This document shows, in pieces, positions 1-13,200 of a DNA stretch of 43,987 nucleotides (the stretch's first letter is position 1; each line of letters starts with the position of its first letter). The DNA comes from Raillietiella orientalis (lineage: Eukaryota), in contig JAYWIR010000174.1 of the NCBI GenBank assembly GCA_036172245.1, positions 1 to 43,987 on the forward strand. The letters are read 5' to 3'. Both the position numbers and the translations under genes were made by a program. The notes beneath the pieces were generated by a model. The model saw only the letters and a list, made by a program, of their open reading frames with translations, did no database searches and was not told where the DNA came from.

Positions 1-840
1 CCGGATGAATTCGGTCGCATGCCTGAGACATGAAAATGGTTGGAAGCTGTCTACTTCCACTTCCAGCATGGAAATAGAATCTTCAAAATGCATCAAAGAC
101 AATCCTCTATCTTTTCTATTTCCAATGTGGTGTTTTCCGTCCAAATCTCCGCACTTGCACCAAAACGACCATGGCCGGTTCCCGATGAATTCGGAAGCAA
201 TCCTGAGACATCAAAATGGTTGGAAGCACTCTACTTCGTCTTCCAGCATAGAAATAGAATCTTTAAAATGCATCACAAAAATTCCTCTATGTTTTCTATT
301 TCCAATGTGGTGTTTTCCGTCCAAATCTCCGCACTTGCATGTAAACGACCATGGCCGCTTCCCGATGAATTCGGTCGCAATCCTGAGACATCAAAATGGT
401 TAAACGACCAACTTTCCAGTATAGAAATAGAATCAAAATGCATAAAAAAATTAACTATTTTTTCTATTTCAATGTGGTGTTTTCCGTCCAAATCTCCGCA
501 CTTGCACCAAAACGACCATGGTCGCTTCCCGATGAATTCGGTCGCAATCCTGAGACATAAAAATGGTTGGAATCAATCCACTTCGTCTTCCAGCACAGAA
601 ATAGAATCTTCAGAATGCATCAAATGAATTCCTCTATCTTTTCTATTTCCAATGTGGTGTTTTCCGTCCAAATCTCCGCACTTGCACCTAAACGACCATG
701 GCCGGTTACCGATGAATTCGGTCGCAATCGTTTGACATCAAAATGGTTGGAAGCAATCTACTTCCATTTCCTGCATCCAAATACAATCTTCAAAGTGGTT
801 CAAATAAATTACTTTATCTTTTCTATTTCCAATGTGGTGT

Positions 841-2200
841 TTTCCGTCCAAATCTCCGCACTTGTACCTAAACGACCATGGCCGGTTCCCGATAATTTCG
901 GTCGCAATCCTTAGACATCAAAATGGTTGGAGTCAATCAACTTCGACTTCCAGCAAAGAAATAGAATCTTCAAAATGCATCACAAAAATTCCTCTATGTT
1001 TTCTATTTCCATTATGGTGTTTTCCGTCCAAATCTTCGCACTTGCACCAAAACGACCATGGCCGGTTCCCGATGAATTCGGTCGCAATCCTGAGACATCG
1101 AAATGGTTGGAATCAATCTACTTCGTCTTCCAGCATAGAAATAGAATCTTCAAAATGCATCACAGCAATTCCTCTATGTTTTCTATTTACAATGTGGTGT
1201 TTTCCGTCCAAATCTTCGCACTTGCACCAAAACGACCATGGCCGCTTCTCGATGAATTCGCTCGCAATCCTGAGACCTCAAAATGGTTGGAAGCCATCTA
1301 CTTCCACTCCCAGCATAGAGATAAAATCATCAAAGTGCATCAAACAAATTCCTCTGTGTTTTCTAATTCCAATGTGGTGTTTTCCGTCCAAATCTCCGCA
1401 CTTGCATGTAAACGACCATGGCCGCTTCCCGATGAATTCGGTCGCAATCCTGAGACCTCAAAATGGTTGGAAGCACTCTACTTCCACTTCCAGCAGAGAA
1501 ATAGAATCTTCAAAGTGCATCCAAAAAATTCCTCTATCTTTTCTATTTCTAATGTGGTGTTTTCCTTCCAAATCTCCGCACTAGCACCAAAACGACCATG
1601 GTCGGTTCCCGATGAATTCGGTCGCTATCCTGAGACATCAAAATGGTTGGAATCAATCTACTTCGTCTTCCAGCACAAAAAAAGAATCATCAAAATGCAT
1701 CACAAAAATTCCTCTATGTTTCCTATTTCCAATGTGGTGTTTTACGTCCAAATCTTCGCACTTGCACCAACACGACCATGGCCGTTTCCGGATGAATTCG
1801 GTCGCAATCCTGAGACATGAAAATGGTTGGAAGCTGTCTACTTCCACTTCCAGCATAGAAATAGAATCTTCAAAATGGATCAAAGAAATTCCTCTATCTT
1901 TTCTATTTTCAATGTGATGTTTTCCGTTCAAATCTCCGCACTTGCACGAAAACGACCATGGCCGGTTCCCGAAGAATTCGGTCGAAATCCTGAGACCTCA
2001 AAATGGTTGGAAGCTGTCTACTTCCACTTTCAGCATAGAAATAGAATCCTCAAAATGCATCAAAGAAATCCCTCTCTCTTTTCTATTTCCAATGTGGTAT
2101 TTTCCGTCCAAATCTCCGCACTTGCACCAAAACGACCATGGCCGGTTCCCGAAGAAGTCGGTCGAAATCTTGAGACCTCAAAATGGTTGGAAGCTGTCTA
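841..2200. repeat. ~7-monomer block, related copy at ~5521-6880 (offset 4681 bp = 26 monomers)
   Basis: Same ordered rare variants in both copies: gataatttcg, attatggtg, gacatcg, cagcagaga, ctagcacc/gtcgctatcc, cagcacaaaaaaagaatcat, gccgtttccgg, tgcacgaa, cactttcagc. Confidence 0.85.
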
Positions 2201-5200
2201 CTTCCACTTCCAGCATAGAAATAGAATCTTCAAAATGCATCAAAGAAATTCCTCTATCTTTTCTAATTCCAATGTGGTGTTTTCCGTCCAAATCTCCGCA
2301 CTTGCACCAAATCGACCATGGCCGGTTCCCGATGAATTCGGAAGCAATCCTGAGACATCAAAATGGTTGGAAGCAATCTACTTCGTCTTCCAGCATAGAG
2401 ATAGAATCTTCAAAATGCATTACAAAAATTCCTCTATGTTTTCTATTTCCAATGTGGTGTTTTCCTTCCAAATCTTCGCACTTGCACAAACACGACCATG
2501 GCCGGTTCCGGATGAACTCGGTCGCAATCCTGAGACATCAAAATGGTTGGAATCAATCTATTTCCTCTTCCAGCATAGAAATAGAATCTTCAAAATGCAT
2601 CAAAGAAATTCCTCTATCTTTTCTATTTCCAATGTGGTGTTTTCCGTCCAAATCTCCGCACTTGCACCAAATCGACCATGGCCGGTTCCCGAAGAATTCG
2701 GTCGAAATCCTGAGACCTCAAAATGGTTGGAAGCTGTCTACTTCCACTTCCAGCATAGAAATAGAATCTTAGAATGCATCGAAGAAATTCCTCTATCTTT
2801 TCTATTTCCAATGTGTGAGCCTTTCCGTCCAAATCTCCGCACTTGCACCAAAACGACCATGGCCGGTTCCCGAAGAATTCGGTCGCAAGCCTGAAACATG
2901 AAAATGCTTGGAAGCTGTCTACTTCCACTTCCAGCATAGAAATAGAATCTTCAAAATGCATCAAAGAAATTTCTCTATCTTTTCTATTTCCAATGTGGTG
3001 TTTTCCGTCCAAATCTCCGCACTTGCACCAAATCGACCATGGCCGGTTCCCGATGAATTCGGAAGCAATCCTGAGACATCAAAATGGTTGGAATCAATCT
3101 ACTTTTACTTCCAGCATAGAAATAGAATCTTCAAAATGCATCAAAGAAATTCGTCTATCTTTTCTATTTCCAATGTGGTATTTTCCGTCCAAATCTCCGC
3201 ACTTGCACCAAATCGACCATGGCCGGTTCCCGATGAATTCGGAAGCAATCCTGAGACATCAAAATGGTTGGAATCAATCTACTTCCACTTCCAGCATAGA
3301 AATAGAATCTTTAAAATGCATCAAAGAAATTCCTCTATCTTTTCTATTTCCAATGTGGTATTTTCCGTCCAAATCTCCGCACTTGAACCAAAACGACCAT
3401 GGCCGGTTCCCGAAGAATTCGGTCGAAATCTTGAGACCTCAAAATGGTTGGAAGCTGTCTACTTCCACTTCCAGCATAGAAATAGAATCTTCAAAATGCA
3501 TCAAAGAAATTCCTCTATCTTTTCTATTTCCATTGTGGTATTTTCCGTCCAAATCTCCGCACTTGCACCAAAACGACCATGGCCGGTTCCCGAAAAATTC
3601 GGTCGAAATCTTGAGACCTCAAAATGGTTGGAGGCTGTCTACTTCCACTTCCAGCATAGAAATAGAATCTTCAAAATGCATCAAAGAAATTTCTCTATCT
3701 TTTCTATTTCCAATGTGGTGTTTTCCTTCCAAATCTCCGCACTTGCACCAAAACGACCATGGACGGTTCGGGATGAATTCGGTCGCATGCCTGAGACATG
3801 AAAATGGTTGGAAGCTGTCTACTTCCACTTCCAGCATAGAAATAGAATCTTCAAAATGCATCAAAGACATTCCTCTATCTTTTCTATTTCCAATGTGGTG
3901 TTTTCCGTCCAAATCTCCGCACTTGCACCAAAACGACCATGGCCGGTTCCCGATGAATTCGGAAGCAATCCCGAGACATCAAAATGGTTGGAAGCAATCT
4001 ACTTCGTCTTCCAGCATAGAAATAGAATCTTCAAAATGCATCAAAAAAATTCCTCTATGTTTTCTATTTCCAATGTGGTGTTTTCCGTCCAAATCTCCGC
4101 ACTTGTATGTAAACGACCATGGCCGCTTCCCGATGAATTCGGTCGCAATCCTGAGACATCAAAATGGTTGGAATCAATCAACTTCCTCTTCCAGCATAGA
4201 AATAGAATCCCCAAAATGCATAAAAAAAATTCAACTATCTTTTCTGTTTTCAATGTGGTGTTTTCCGTCCAAATCTCCGCACTTGCACCAAATCGACCAT
4301 GGCCGGTTCCCGATGAATTCGGAAGCAATCCTGAGACATCAAAATGGTTGGAAGCACTCTACTTCGTCTTCCAGCATAGAGATAGAATCTTCAAAATGCA
4401 TCACAAAAATTCCTCTATGTTTTCTATTTCCAATGTGGTGTTTTCCTTCCAAATCTCCGCACTTGCACCAAAACGACCATGGCCGGTTCCCGAAGAATTC
4501 GGTCGAAATCCTGAGACCTCAAAATGGTTGGAAGCTGTCTACTTTCACTTTCAGCATAGAAATAGAATCTTCAAAATGCATCAAAGAAATTCCTCTATCT
4601 TTTCTATTTCCAATGTGGTATTTTCCGTCCAAATCTCCGCACTTGAACCAAAACGACCATGGCCGGTTCCCGAAGAATTCGGTCGAAATCTTGAGACCTC
4701 AAAATGGTTGGAAGCTGTCTACTTACACTTCCAGCATAGAAATAGAATCTTCAAAATGCATCAAAGAAATTCCTCTATCTTTTCTATTTCCATTGTGGTA
4801 TTTTCCGTCCAAATCTCCGCACTTGCACCAAAACGACCATGGCCGGTTCCCGAAAAATTCGGTCGAAATCTTGAGACCTCAAAATGGTTGGAAGCTGTCT
4901 ACTTCGTCTTCCAGCATAGAAATTGAATCTTCAAAATGCATCACAGAAATTCCTCTATGTTTTCTATTTCCAGTGTGGTGTTTTCCGTCCAAATCTCCGC
5001 ACTTGCACCTAAACGACCATGGCCGGTTCCCGATGAATTCGGTCGTAATCCTTAGACATCAAAATTGTTGGAAGCAATCTACTTCCACTTCCTACATCCA
5101 AATAGAATCTTCAAAGGGGATCAAAAAAATTCAACTATCTTTTCTGTTTCCAATGTGGTGTTTTCCGTCCAAATCTCCGCACTTGCACCAAAACGACCAT

Positions 5201-8200
5201 GGTCGCTTCCCGATGAATTCGGTCGCAATCCTGAGACATCAAAATGGTTGGAATCAATCCACTTCGTCCTCCAGCACAGAAATAGAATCTTCGAAATGCA
5301 TCAAATGAATTCCTCTATCTTCTCTATTTCCAATGTGGTGTGTTCCGTTTAAATCTTCGCACTTGCACCAAAACGACCATGGTCGCTTCCCGATGAATTC
5401 GGCCGCAATCGTGAGACCTCAAAATGGCTGCAAGCAATCTACTTCCACTCCCAGCATAGAAATAGAATCTTTAAAGTGCATCCAAAAAATTCCTCTATCT
5501 TTTCTATTTCCAATGTGGTGTTTTCCGTCCAAATCTCCGCACTTGTACCTAAACGACCATGGCCGGTTCCCGATAATTTCGGTCGCAATCCTGAGACATC
5601 AAAATGGTTGGAATCAATCCACTTCGACTTCCAGCACAGAAATAGAATCTTGAAAGTGCATCACAAAAATTCCTCTATGTTTTCTATTTCCATTATGGTG
5701 TTTTCCGTCCAAATCTTCGCACTTGCACCAAAACGACCATGGCCGGTTCCCGATGAATTCGGTCGCAATCCTGAGACATCGAAATGGTTGGAATCAATCT
5801 ACTTCGTCTTCCAGCATAGAAATAGAATCTTCAAAATGCATCAAAGAAATTTCTCTATGTTTTCTATTTCCATTGTGGTGTTTTCCGTCCAAATCTCCGC
5901 ACTTGCTCGTAAACGACCATGGCCGCTTCCCGATGAATTCGGTCGTAATCCTGAGACCTGAAAATGGTTGGAATCAATCTACTTCCACTTCCAGCATAGA
6001 AATAGAATCTTCAAAGTGCATCAAACAAATTCCTCTATCTTTTTTATTTCCAATGTGGTGTTTTCCGTCCAAATCTCCGCACTTGCATATAAACGACCAT
6101 GGCCGCTTCCCGATGAATTCGGTCGCAATCCTGAGACCTCAAAATGGTTGGAAGCAATCTACTTCCACTTCCAGCAGAGAAATAGAATCTTCAAAGTGCA
6201 TCCAAAAAATTCCTCTATCTTTTCTATTTCTAATGTGGGGTTTTCCTTCCAAATCTTCGCACTAGCACCAAAACGACCATGGTCGGTTCCCGATGAATTC
6301 GGTCGCTATCCTGAGACATCAAAATGGTTGGAATCAATCTACTTCGTCTTCCAGCACAAAAAAAGAATCATCAAAATGCATCACAAAAATTCCTCTATGT
6401 TTTCTATTTCCAATGTGGTGTTTTCCGTCCAAATCTTCGCACTTGCGCCAACACGACCTTGGCCGTTTCCGGATGAATTCGGTCGCAATCCTGAGACATG
6501 AAAATGGTTGGAAGCTGTCTACTTCCACTTCCAGCATAGAAATAGAATCTTCAAAATGCATCAAAGAAAGTCCTCTATCTTTTCTATTTCCAATGTGATG
6601 TTTTCCGTCCAAATCTCCGCACTTGCACGAAAACGACCATGGCCGGTTCCCGAAGAATTCGGTCGAAATCCTGAGACCTCAAAATGTTTGGAAGCTGTCT
6701 ACTTCCACTTTCAGCATAGAAATAGAATCTTCAAAATGCATCAAAGAAATTCCTCTATCTTTTCTATTTCCAATGTGGTATTTTCCGTCCAAATCTCCGC
6801 ACTTGAACCAAAACGACCATGGCCGGTTCCCGAAGAATTCGGTCGAAATCTTGAGACCTCAAAATGGTTGGAAGCTGTCTACTTCCACTTCCAGCATAGA
6901 AATAGAATCTTCAAAATGCATCAAAGAAATTCCTCTATCTTTTCTACTTCCATTGTGGTATTTTCCGTCCAAATCTCCGCACTTGCACCAAAACGACCAT
7001 GGCCGGTTCCCGAAAAATTCGGTCGAAATCTTGAGACCTCAAAATGGTTGGAAGCTGTCTACTTCCACTTCCAGCATAGAAATAGAATCTTCAAAGTGCA
7101 TCGAACAGATTCCTCTATCTTTTCTATTTCCATTGTGGTATTTTCCGTCCAAATCTCCGCACTTGCACCAAAACGACCATGGCCGGTTCCCGATGAATTC
7201 GGAAGCAATCCTGAGACATCAAAATGGTTGGAAGCAATCTACTTCGTCTTCCAGCATAGAAATAGAATCTTCAAAATGCATCAAAAAAATTCCTCTATGT
7301 TTTCTATTTCCAATGTGGTGTTTTCCGTCCAAATCTCCGCACTTGCATGTAAACGACCATGGCCGCTTCCCGATGAATTCGGTCGCAATCCTGAGACATC
7401 AAAATGGTTGGAATCAATCAACTTCCTCTTCCAGGATAGAAATAGAATCTCCAAAATGCATAAAAAAAATTCAACTATCTTTTCTGTTTCCAATGTGGTG
7501 TTTTCCGTCCAAATCTCCGCACTTGCACCAAAACGACCATGGTCGCTTCCCGATGAATTCGGTCGCAATCCTGAGACATCAAAATGGTTGGAATCAATCC
7601 ACTTCGTCCTCCAGCACAGAAATAGAATCTTCAAAATGCATCACAAAAATTCCTCTATGTTTTCTATTTCCAATGTGGTGTTTTCCGTCCAAATCTCCGC
7701 ACTTGCATGTAAACGACCATGGCCGCTTCCCGATGAATTCGGTCAAAATCCTGAGACATCAAAATGGTTGGAATCAATCTACTTCCTCTTCCAGCATAGA
7801 AATAGAATCCCCAAAATGCATCAAAGACATTCCTCTATCTTTTCTATTTCCAATGTTGTGTTTTCCGTCCAAATCTCCGCACTTGCACCAAAACGACCAT
7901 GGCCGGTTCCCGATTAATTCGGTCGCAATCCTGAGACATGAAAATGGTTGGAAGCAATCTACTTCCACTTCCTACATCCAAATAGAATCTTCAAAGTGGA
8001 TCAAGAAAATTCCTCTATCTTTTCTATTACCAATGTGGTGTTTTCCGTCCAAATCTCCGCACTAGCACCAAAACGACCATGGCCGCTTCCCGATGAATTC
8101 GGTCGCAATCCTGAGACATCAAAATGGTTGGAATCAATCTACTACCTCTTCCAGCATAGAAATAGAATCCCCAAAATGCATAAAAAAAATTCAACTATCT

Positions 8201-9280
8201 TTTCTATTTCCAATGTGGTGTTTTCCGTCCAAATCTCCGCACTTGCATGTAAACGACCATGGCCGCTTCCCGATGAATTCGGTCGCAATCCTGAGACATC
8301 AAAATGGTTGGAATCAATCTACTTCCTCTTCCAGCACAGAAATAGAATCTTCAAAATGCATCAAATGGATTCCTCTATCTTTTCTATTTCCAATGTGGTG
8401 TGTTCCGTTTAAATCTTCGCACTTGCACCAAAACGACCATGGTCGCTTCCCGATGAATTCGGTCGCAATAGTGAGACCTCAAAATGGCTGCAAGCAATCT
8501 ACTTCCACTCCCAGCATAGAAATAGAATCTTTAAAGTGCATTAAAAAAATTCCTCTATCTTTTCTATTTCCAATGTTGTGTTTTCCGTCCAAATCTCCGC
8601 ACTTGTACCTAAACGACCATGGCCGGTTCCCGATTATTTCGGTCGCAATCCTTAGACATCAAAATGGTTGGAATCAATCCACTTCGATTCCCAGCACAGA
8701 AATAGAATCTTGAAAATGCATCACAAAAATTCCTCTATGTTTTCTATTTCCATTGTGGTGTTTTCCGTCCAAATCTTCGCACATGCACCAAAACGACCAT
8801 GGCCGGTTCCCGATGAATTCGGTCGCAATCCTGAGACATCGAAATGGTTGGAAGCAATCTACTTCCACTTCCAGCATAGAAATAGAATCTTCAAAATGCA
8901 TCACAGGAATTCCTCTAGGTTTTCTATTTCCAATGTGGTGTTTTCCGTCCAAATCTCCGCACTTGCTCCTAAACGACCATGGCCGCTTCCCGATGAATTC
9001 GGTCGCAATCCTGAGACCTGAAAATGGTTGGAATCAATCTACTTCCACTTCCAGCATAGAAATACAATCTTAAAAGTGCATCAAACAAATTCCTCTATCT
9101 TTTCTATTTCCAATGTGGTGTTTTCCGTCCAAATCTCCGCACTTGCATGTAAACGACCATGGCCGCTTCCCGATGAATTCGGTCGCAATCCTGAGACCTC
9201 AAAATTCTACTTCCACTTCCAGCATAGAAATAGAATCTTCAAAATGCATTAAAAAAATTCCTCTATCTTTTCTATTTCCA

Positions 9281-12200
9281 ATGTGGTGTTTTCCGTCCAA
9301 ATCTCCGCACTTGCACCAAATCGACCATGGCCGGTTCCGGATGAATTCGGTCGCAAGCCTGAAACATGAAAATGGTTGGAAGCTGTCTACTTCCACTTCC
9401 AGCATAGAAATAGAATCTTCAAAATGCATCAAAGAAATTCCTCTATCTTTTCTATTTCCAATGTGATGTTTTCCGTCCAAATCTCCGCACTTGCACCAAA
9501 ACGACCATGGCCGGTTCCCGAAGAATTCGGTCGAAATCCTGAGACCTCAAAATGGTTGGAAGCTGTCTACTTCCACTTCCAGCATAGGAATAGAATCTTC
9601 AGAATGCATTTAAGAAATTCCTCTATATTTTCTATTTCCAATGTGGTGTTTTCCGTCCAAATCTCCGCACTTGCACCAAATCGACCATGGCCGGTTCCCG
9701 ATGAATTCGGAAGCAATCCTGAGACATAAAAATGGTTGGAATCAATCTACTTCGTCTTCCAGCATAGAAATAGAATCTTCAAAATGCATCACGAAAATTC
9801 CTCTATCTTTTCTATTTCCAATGTCGTGTTTTCCGTCCAAATCTCCGCACTTGTACCTAAACGACCATGGCCGGTTCCCGATTAATTCGGTCGCAATCCT
9901 TAGACATCAAAATGGTTGGAAGCAATCTACTTCCACTTCCTGCATCCAAATAGAATCTTCAAATTGCTTCCGAAAAATTCCTTTATCTGTTCTATTTCCA
10001 ATGTGGTGTTTTCCGTCCAAATCTCCGCACTAGCACCAAAACGACCATGGTCGGTTCCCGATGAATTCGGTCGCAATCCTGAGACATCAAAATGGTTGGA
10101 ATCAATCTATTTCCTCTTCCAGCATAGATAAAGAATCTTCAAAATGCATCAAATGAATTCCTCTATCTTTTCTATTTCCAATGTGGTGTGTTCCGTCCAA
10201 ATCTCCGCAGTTGCACGTAAACGACCATGGCCGCTTCCCGATGAATTCGGTCGCAATCCTGAGACATCAAAATGGTTGGAATCAATCCACTTCGTCTTCC
10301 AGCGCAGAAATAGAAACTTCAAAATGTATCACAAAAATTCCTCTATGTTTTCTATTTCCAATGTGGTGTTTTCCGTCCAAATCTTCGCACTTGCACCAAA
10401 ACGACCATGGCCGGTTCCCGATGAATTCGGTCGCAATCCTGAGACATCGAAATGGTTGGAATCAATCTACTTCGTCTTCCAGCATAGAAATAGAATCTTT
10501 TAAATGCATCAAAAAAATTCCTCTATGTTTTCTATTTCCAATGTGGTGTTTTCCGTCCAAATCTCCGCACTTGCATGTAAACGACCATAGCCGCTTCCCG
10601 ATGAATTCGGTCGCAATAATGAGACATCGAAATGGTTGGAATCAATCTACTTCGTCTTCCAGCATAGAAATAGAATCTTCAGAATGCATCACAAAAATTC
10701 CTCTATGTTTTCTATTTCCAATGTGGTGTTTTCCGTCCAAAACTTCGCACTTGCACCAAAACGAACATGGCCGGTTCCCGATGAATTTGGTCGCAATCCT
10801 GAGACATCAAAATGGTTGGAATCAATCTACTTCCACTTCCAGCATAGAAATAGAATCTTCAAAATGCATCAAAGAAATTCCTCTATCTTTTCTATTTCCA
10901 ATGTGATGTTTTCCGTCCAAATCTCCGCACTTGCACCAAAACGACCATGGCCGGTTCCCGAAGAATTCGGTCGAAATCCTGAGACCTCAAAATGGTTGGA
11001 AGCTGTCTACTTCCACTTCCAGCATAGAAATAGAATCTTCAAAATGCATCAAAGAAATTCCTCTATCTTTTTTATTTCCAATGTGATGTTTTCCGTCCAA
11101 ATCTCCGCACTTGCACCAAAACGACCATGGCCGGTTCCCGAAGAATTGGGTCGAAATCCTGAGACCTCAAAATGGTTGGAAGCTGTCTACTTCCACTTCC
11201 AGCATAGAAATAGAATCTTCAAAATGCATTAAAGAAATTCCTCTATCTTTTCTATTTCCAATGTGGTGTTTTCCGTCCAAATCTTCGCACTTCCACCAAC
11301 ACGACCATGGCCGGTTCCGGAAGAATTCGGTCGCAAGCCTGAAACATGAAAATGGTTGGAAGCTGTCTACTTCCACTTCCAGCATAGAAATACAATCTTC
11401 AAAATGCATCAAAGAAATTCCTCTATCTTTTCTATTTCCAATGTGGTATTTTCCGTCCAAATCTCCGCACTTGCACCAAAACGACCATGGCCGGTTCCCG
11501 AAGAATTCGGTCGAAATCTTGAGACCTCAAAATGGTTGGAAGCTGTCTACTTCCACTTCCAGCATAGAAATAGAATCTTCAAAATGCATCAAAGAAATTC
11601 CTCTATCTTTTCTATTTCCAATGTGATGTTTTCCGTCCAAATCTCCGCACTTGCACCAAAACGACCATGGCCGGTTCCCGAAGAATTCGGTCGAAATCCT
11701 GAGACCTCAAAATGGTTGGAAGCTGTCTACTTCCACTTCCAGCATAGAAATAGAATCTTCAAAATGCATCAAAAAATTCCTCTATCTTTTCTATTTCCAA
11801 TGTGGTGTTTTCCGTCCAAATCTCCGCACTTGCACCAAATCGACCATGGCCGGTTCCGGATGAATTCGGTCGCAAGCCTGAAACATGAAAATGGTTGGAA
11901 GCTGTCTACTTCCACTTCCAGCATAGAAATAGAATCTTCAAAATGCATCAAAGAAATTCCTCTATCTTTTCTATTTCCAATGTGATGTTTTCCGTCCAAA
12001 TCTCCGCACTTGCACCAAAACGACCATGGCCGGTTCCCGAAGAATTCGGTCGAAATCCTGAGACCTCAAAATGGTTGGAAGCTGTCTACTTCCACTTCCA
12101 GCATAGGAATAGAATCTTCAGAATGCATTTAAGAAATTCCTCTATATTTTCTATTTCCAATGTGGTGTTTTCCGTCCAAATCTCCGCACTTGCACCAAAT

Positions 12201-13200
12201 CGACCATGGCCGGTTCCCGATGAATTCGGAAGCAATCCTGAGACATAAAAATGGTTGGAATCAATCTACTTCGTCTTCCAGCATAGAAATAGAATCTTCA
12301 AAATGCATCACGAAAATTCCTCTATCTTTTCTATTTCCAATGTGGTGTTTTCCGTCCAAATCTCCGCACTTGTACCTAAACGACCATGGCCGGTTCCCGA
12401 TTAATTCGGTCGCAATCCTGAGACATCAAAATGGTTGGAATCAATCTATTTCCTCTTCCAGCATAGATAAAGAATCTTCAAAATGCATCAAATGAATTCC
12501 TCTATCTTTTCTATTTCCAATGTGGTGTGTTCCGTCCAAATCTCCGCAGTTGCACGTAAACGACCATGGCCGCTTCCCGATGAATTCGGTCGCAATCCTG
12601 AGACCTGAAAATGGTTGGAATCAATCTACTTCCACTTCCAGCATAGAAATAGAATCTACAAAGTGCATTAAAAAAATTCCTTCATCTTTTCTATTTCCAA
12701 TGTGGTGTTTTCCGTCCAAATCTCCGCACTTGAACGTAAACGACCATGGCCGCTTCCCGATGAATTCGGTCGCAATCCTGAGACCTGAAAATGGTTGGAA
12801 TCAATCTACTTCCACTTCCAGCATAGAAATAGAATCTTCAAAGTGCATCAAACAAATTCCTCTATCTTTTCTATTTCCAATGTGGTGTTTTCCGTCCAAA
12901 TCTCCAAACTTGCATGTAAACGACCATGGCCGCTTCCCGATGAATTCGGTCGCAATAATGAGACATCGAAATGGTTGGAATCAATCTACTTCGTCTTCCA
13001 GCATAGAAATAGAATCTTCAAAATGCATCACAAAAATTCCTCTATGTTTTCTATTTCCAATGTGGTGTTTTCCGTCCAAAACTTCGCACTTGCACCAAAA
13101 CGAACATGGCCGGTTCCCGATGAATTTGGTCGCAATCCTGAGACATCAAAATGGTTGGAATCAATCTACTTCCACTTCCAGCATAGAAATAGAATCTTCA
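9281..13200. repeat. Composite block duplication: ~9281-10860 vs ~11800-13200 (offset 14, then 13 monomers)
   Basis: Shared rare variants: agcataggaa/agaatgcatttaag/ctctatattt, gagacataaa, acgaaaattc, agcatagataaaga, ccgcagttgcacgt, cgcaataatg, aacttcgc/cgaacatgg/gaatttgg. Confidence 0.9.

Noticed and set aside
180..196. CENP-B-box-like motif (tcccgatgaattcggaa vs NCCCGNNTNNNNCGAAN)
   Set aside because: Only 7 of 9 essential positions match, and only in some variant classes. This is compatible with chance.
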